Positions 33,979 through 37,827 of a stretch of 37,827 bases of DNA are shown here, piece by piece. The position numbers and the translations under genes were made by a program. This DNA is from Octopus bimaculoides (Eukaryota): the NCBI RefSeq assembly GCF_001194135.2, contig NC_068985.1:56451879-56489705 (forward strand), written 5' to 3'. Numbering within the stretch: the first letter of the stretch is position 1; every line of letters begins with the position of its first letter. The notes below the pieces were generated by a model, which was not told where the DNA came from, made no database searches, and saw only the letters and a program-made list of their open reading frames with translations.

Positions 33979-33981
<3 letters not shown>
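33847..33981. repeat. 56-bp inverted repeat with 23-nt loop
   Basis: Arms lie at 33847-33902 and 33926-33981, with 51 of 56 Watson-Crick pairs, four G.U pairs and one C.U mismatch on the + strand. Confidence 0.95.
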
Positions 33982-34022
<41 letters not shown>

Positions 34023-34684
34023 ATATTAGGGAATAAAATTCAAAACTTGCAGGGAAAAATTCAATTTAGCAAAACTGAATCAAATTTCCCAATATATTAA
34101 TATATGTACGTACTACTTCTACAACAGAAATGTCGGTGGAAAATCAGTTAGACATTTAAAATATGTTTACGCTTATCTTAAAGAATTACAGAAGAATATC
34201 TCAAATTTCATTTCAAATCGGCAGTTTTCTGTTATGTTTTATTGTTCTGTGGATTATAACTGAGGAACTTGATTCTAATAAGATTTTATTTTCCTTCTTT
34301 TAAAACAGATGACATCTGTATGACCTTTTTATCGAATTATATTTGACTGTCATCATACTTGTAGAGATCGACAGAACAGCAGATTCTAAACTATTTTTAA
34401 ACGATTCTATTTGACATCCTTTTAAACTGTAGACGATTGCCAGTTGGTTTAAAGAGTCATTTATAAAACCAATATGGCAACCGGAAAACAAATACAAAAA
34501 TTAAACTAAAATGGACGTTATAACAGCAGTGAATGCAATAAAGCGAGATATAGAAACAATTTTGTGTCCATGATATTAATCTAAATACTAGTTAGCGTTT
34601 AATTAAGCTATAATAAATTTCTATGATAAAATATTTACCAGCAATATGGCGTTAGGATATATGTGTGTGTGTGCGTGTGTGGGT

Positions 34685-34717
<33 letters not shown>

Positions 34718-34807
34718 CATGTGTGTATGCGCATGCGTGTGTGTGTGTAACAGTCTGTCTACATATGCATATATAGATATAGATGGAGATATAGATATAT
34801 ATCTTAT

Positions 34808-35025
34808 AGTTTTTAATTGCTTCAGTCAGAGGACAGCAGCCAAACTAGGGCCCCGCCTTGAAGGGTTTAGTGGAATAGATTTATCCCAGTAATTGATATT
34901 TTTCAAGTATGGAAATTATTCCATCAGTCTCTTTTGCTAATTTACAGGGAGCTAAACAAATGAATACCTGTTGTTAAGCGGTAATGAGGCAAGCAGAACA
35001 CAAACAGACAAAGATACACACTCAT
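34808..35025 (-). mobile_element. SINE family B 3' half, degenerate
   Basis: TTTTAATTGCTTCAGTCAGAGGACAGCAGCCAAACTAGGGCCCCGCCTTGAAGGGTTTAG aligns with 465-620. Confidence 0.7.
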
Positions 35026-36004
35026 GCGCGTATAGAAGATCGAACCATATTGTTATCTTACGTTTTTTTGTATATTTGCGTAGAGTACTTCAGTTTTTAA
35101 CGACATCCATTTCTACGTGAATTTGACTTTGATAAATATTTGCCTCTTACATGATAACTTCACAATTCTTCAATTTTTATTGCAAAATATTTTCTTTATA
35201 TTTCGCAATTTTTACTGGTACAATTTATTTTTCGCTTAGCTGTCTTCTGTTAGGGTAGTATTTGCATGGATTTAGCTGTTTAAAAAAATTTTACTGTTTA
35301 AGTTGAATTCTCATGTGTTATTTAGAGTTTTTCTGACATTTCTCACAATGTGGCATCTATATTGTGAAAGATAGCTTGGACCTTGTTCTCTAGTGAGTAT
35401 TCCTATGATGTGCAATACTTGAATAACTGTAATGTAACTTAGTTACATTAGAATAACTACCAATTTAACAAATGCTATATTAAATGACTCACCATAAGAA
35501 GACATTGTAAATAACAGTGTGCGTTCAAAGTTTAAAATTATGCCCATGTTTTTTATCAGTTATAACTGCTAATGTTTTTCGGAACTCTACAGTTTTCAGG
35601 AAAAGACGTTTTGGAGTGGATGGTTGAAAATCCACGGTGTCAAAGTGGGTGAAGCTACAAGAATCATCCCTTTCGTTGCTCAAACGATAAATCCGTCCGT
35701 TGTGTTTAATGATAGAGTCTCTCGAGGAATTGCTAACGATAGTTAGTTCGGCTTTGCATGGGTTATATGTATGTATACAAAGAAATGAGGGCACAAACTA
35801 AGGAAAGTAATACTCAAGGTATTTGGCTGGAGTTCTATATATTAACAATAGTCTGTCTCAACTCCACATTTCCGAAAGCCCCGTTGGCATACGACACATG
35901 CACCTCATCAAATATTTTCGAACCTCTGATGAAGTGGATATGTCCTTGTCGTTCACTCACGAAACTTAAAGTAATGTGGATGAGACTTAAATTCTTACTC
36001 ACCA

Positions 36005-36006
36005 CG

Positions 36007-36100
<94 letters not shown>
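36005..36100. repeat. (CA)n microsatellite
   Basis: Direct reading. Confidence 0.95.
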
Positions 36101-36101
<1 letters not shown>

Positions 36102-36209
36102 TTCTTTGAGTGTTGAGCAGAATGCCTTGCTATATTGTACCGAATCTCTTCATTCTGAGCGCAAAACCCACCCAAGTCTAGGTTTCGTCTTCATAGTCGA
36201 TTAGCGGAA

Positions 36210-36430
36210 TATTGTCTGAACTTGGGGCGTGATGTTTTGCGCTATGTCATCCAGTATTTTTTATCTTGACATCATATCCCGCTTCCTGTTATCGTAAGAT
36301 GAATGCAGCACTGGGCAGATAAACGGTCGTAGATTTGCGACGACTTTGGACAAGTGTACAAATCGCCAATTGACAGGACAGTACAACATGCAAGCAGGGC
36401 TTACTAGTCGCCTGTAATCGTTTTCTTAAA
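36210..36430 (+). mobile_element. Possible RTE-type LINE 3' end remnant
   Basis: The degenerate WADK/VVDLRRL...QDSTTCKQGL resembles the RTE C-terminal W.D.V..DL..L...A.DR..W pattern, and it is followed by a (GAT)n array. Confidence 0.3.
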
Positions 36431-36464
36431 TATGACATCGACGTTCCGCTGCTGCTTCTTTTGC

Positions 36465-36671
36465 AGATGATAATGATGACGATGAAGATAATGATGATGA
36501 CAATGATGATTATGTTGAAGATGATGGTGACGATGACAATGATGATGACGATGATAGTGACGATGATGATGATGATGATGAAGATGATGATGGCAAAAAT
36601 TATGACGATAATGATAAAAGTAATGATGATAGTGAAGATGATGATAGTGATGATGACGATGATGACGACAG

Positions 36672-36704
<33 letters not shown>

Positions 36705-36855
36705 CGACGACGACGATGTTGATGATGCAAGTGATGTTAATGCAGCTGCTCCACTTGCTGCCGATGCTATTGCTGCTGCTACGACTGAAGTTGCTGATGT
36801 TGCAGATGATGATGATGATGACGATACTGTTGCCTCTGTTGCTACTGCTTCTACC
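36465..36855. repeat. Long compound (GAT/GAC/GCT)n trinucleotide array
   Basis: Direct reading; it explains ORFs 36289-37014, 36404-36730, 36461-36859 and 36600-36863. Confidence 0.95.
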
Positions 36856-37562
36856 GTGAACAACTGATCTATGTATTAATTTGACTATTCGCCATCCCAG
36901 TGGAACCCGTGTGACACAGTGCGTAACATGGCTGTGCCAATAAATCATTTTTACAGCGTACAGAGCATTCGTCAATCTGGTTCCACTCCTAACGTCTGGG
37001 TCGTTACGAGACAAAGCCGAAGGTCACTTGCTCTAGAGGATATGTAATGGGATTGAACGTGTAACCTTGTCATTCCGAAGCAAGCTTGTTAACGCTTCGT
37101 CCGTAACAGCGTCCACACGATCGGTCAGTCTGCTAGACAATGCAGCCATAATCGTTTAAAATATACGGTAGCTTATTAAAAACTAAAGGACACATTACAT
37201 AAGTTAGTCATATGATGGGATGATCAGAACATTTGATGCTTGCTTAGTCAGAACTGCTTGGAGATAAACAACGGCAATAACCACAACTACAGCATAAGCA
37301 TAACTACAACAACCAAGACATAATGCCAATATTAGTAACCGATATATTGATACGGCTTTTAGAACATGGTTCCACTTGGAGATAGAATTTACTCTTCAGT
37401 ATTATATAAAAGATACGAAAAACGATTGAAACTTATTGAAAAAATGTAGTGAAAGGAAACATTGGCGTCTAAACTTTTAAAGAACAACTGATAAAACACG
37501 GTATGTTTGATATACATACATACATACATACATAAAGACACACACAATACATACATACACAC

Positions 37563-37629
<67 letters not shown>

Positions 37630-37827
37630 ATCATGGACGGACGGTAGACACATCGGCTCCCATGTAAGTTGCATTTTTCACCTCTTAAAAGACCTATTTT
37701 GTTTTAAAATTTTGTATAAGTTGTGTATAACACAAAATACTTCGTGAACATATATTTTTCAAATCGGAAATAGCTCTATTTAGAGCCTTATTTCCAAAAA
37801 TTCAAACATATCTTCCTCGTTCCTAGC

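Noticed and set aside
35599-35745. Acceptor followed by GKDVLEWMVENPRCQS, resembling a DEP domain
   Set aside because: The resemblance needs a frameshift and rests on a few residues, and the donor is weak.
35921-35972. CTGATGA...GAAAC hammerhead-like spacing
   Set aside because: Stem II is only 3-4 bp around a long loop, and there is no stem I or palindromic stem III. CTGATGA occurs several times in this window by chance.
36289-37014. 241-aa and overlapping poly-I/H/M/S ORFs; likewise 8429-8831, 5752-6060, 4546-4773, 9156-9779 and 20472-20822
   Set aside because: These are translations of simple repeats that happen to lack stops.

Overview
Eukaryotic, AT-rich, microsatellite-dense genomic DNA from a fragmented short-read assembly, with four large N gaps and two 10-N gaps. 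The tRNA-derived SINE families resemble those I recall from Octopus, so the source is probably an octopus; this is inferred, not searched. I found no recognisable intact host protein-coding gene. The window is mostly a transposon graveyard. It holds a decayed, internally deleted CR1-type LINE (~11.9-14.7 kb, minus) and a Buster/SPIN-type hAT element with TIRs and an 8-bp TSD (15152-19023). That hAT carries a nested Penelope-like GIY-YIG fragment followed by a tRNA-like Pol III head and a minimal hammerhead ribozyme. It also holds an internally deleted mariner, a second Penelope-like GIY-YIG fragment, fragments of R4/Dong, L1/Tx1-like, Helitron, MULE-like and possibly BEL and RTE elements, and about a dozen SINE copies. 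A few short candidate exons have good splice signals but cannot be assigned to a gene. The most interesting items are the tRNA-head plus hammerhead plus Penelope unit (15.8-16.4 kb), further degenerate hammerhead-like motifs, a 3' tail shared by the CR1 LINE and one SINE family, SINE tail swapping, and a 56-bp hairpin whose transition mismatches are all G.U on one strand. Element boundaries were read by eye and are approximate unless a TSD or TIR is given.
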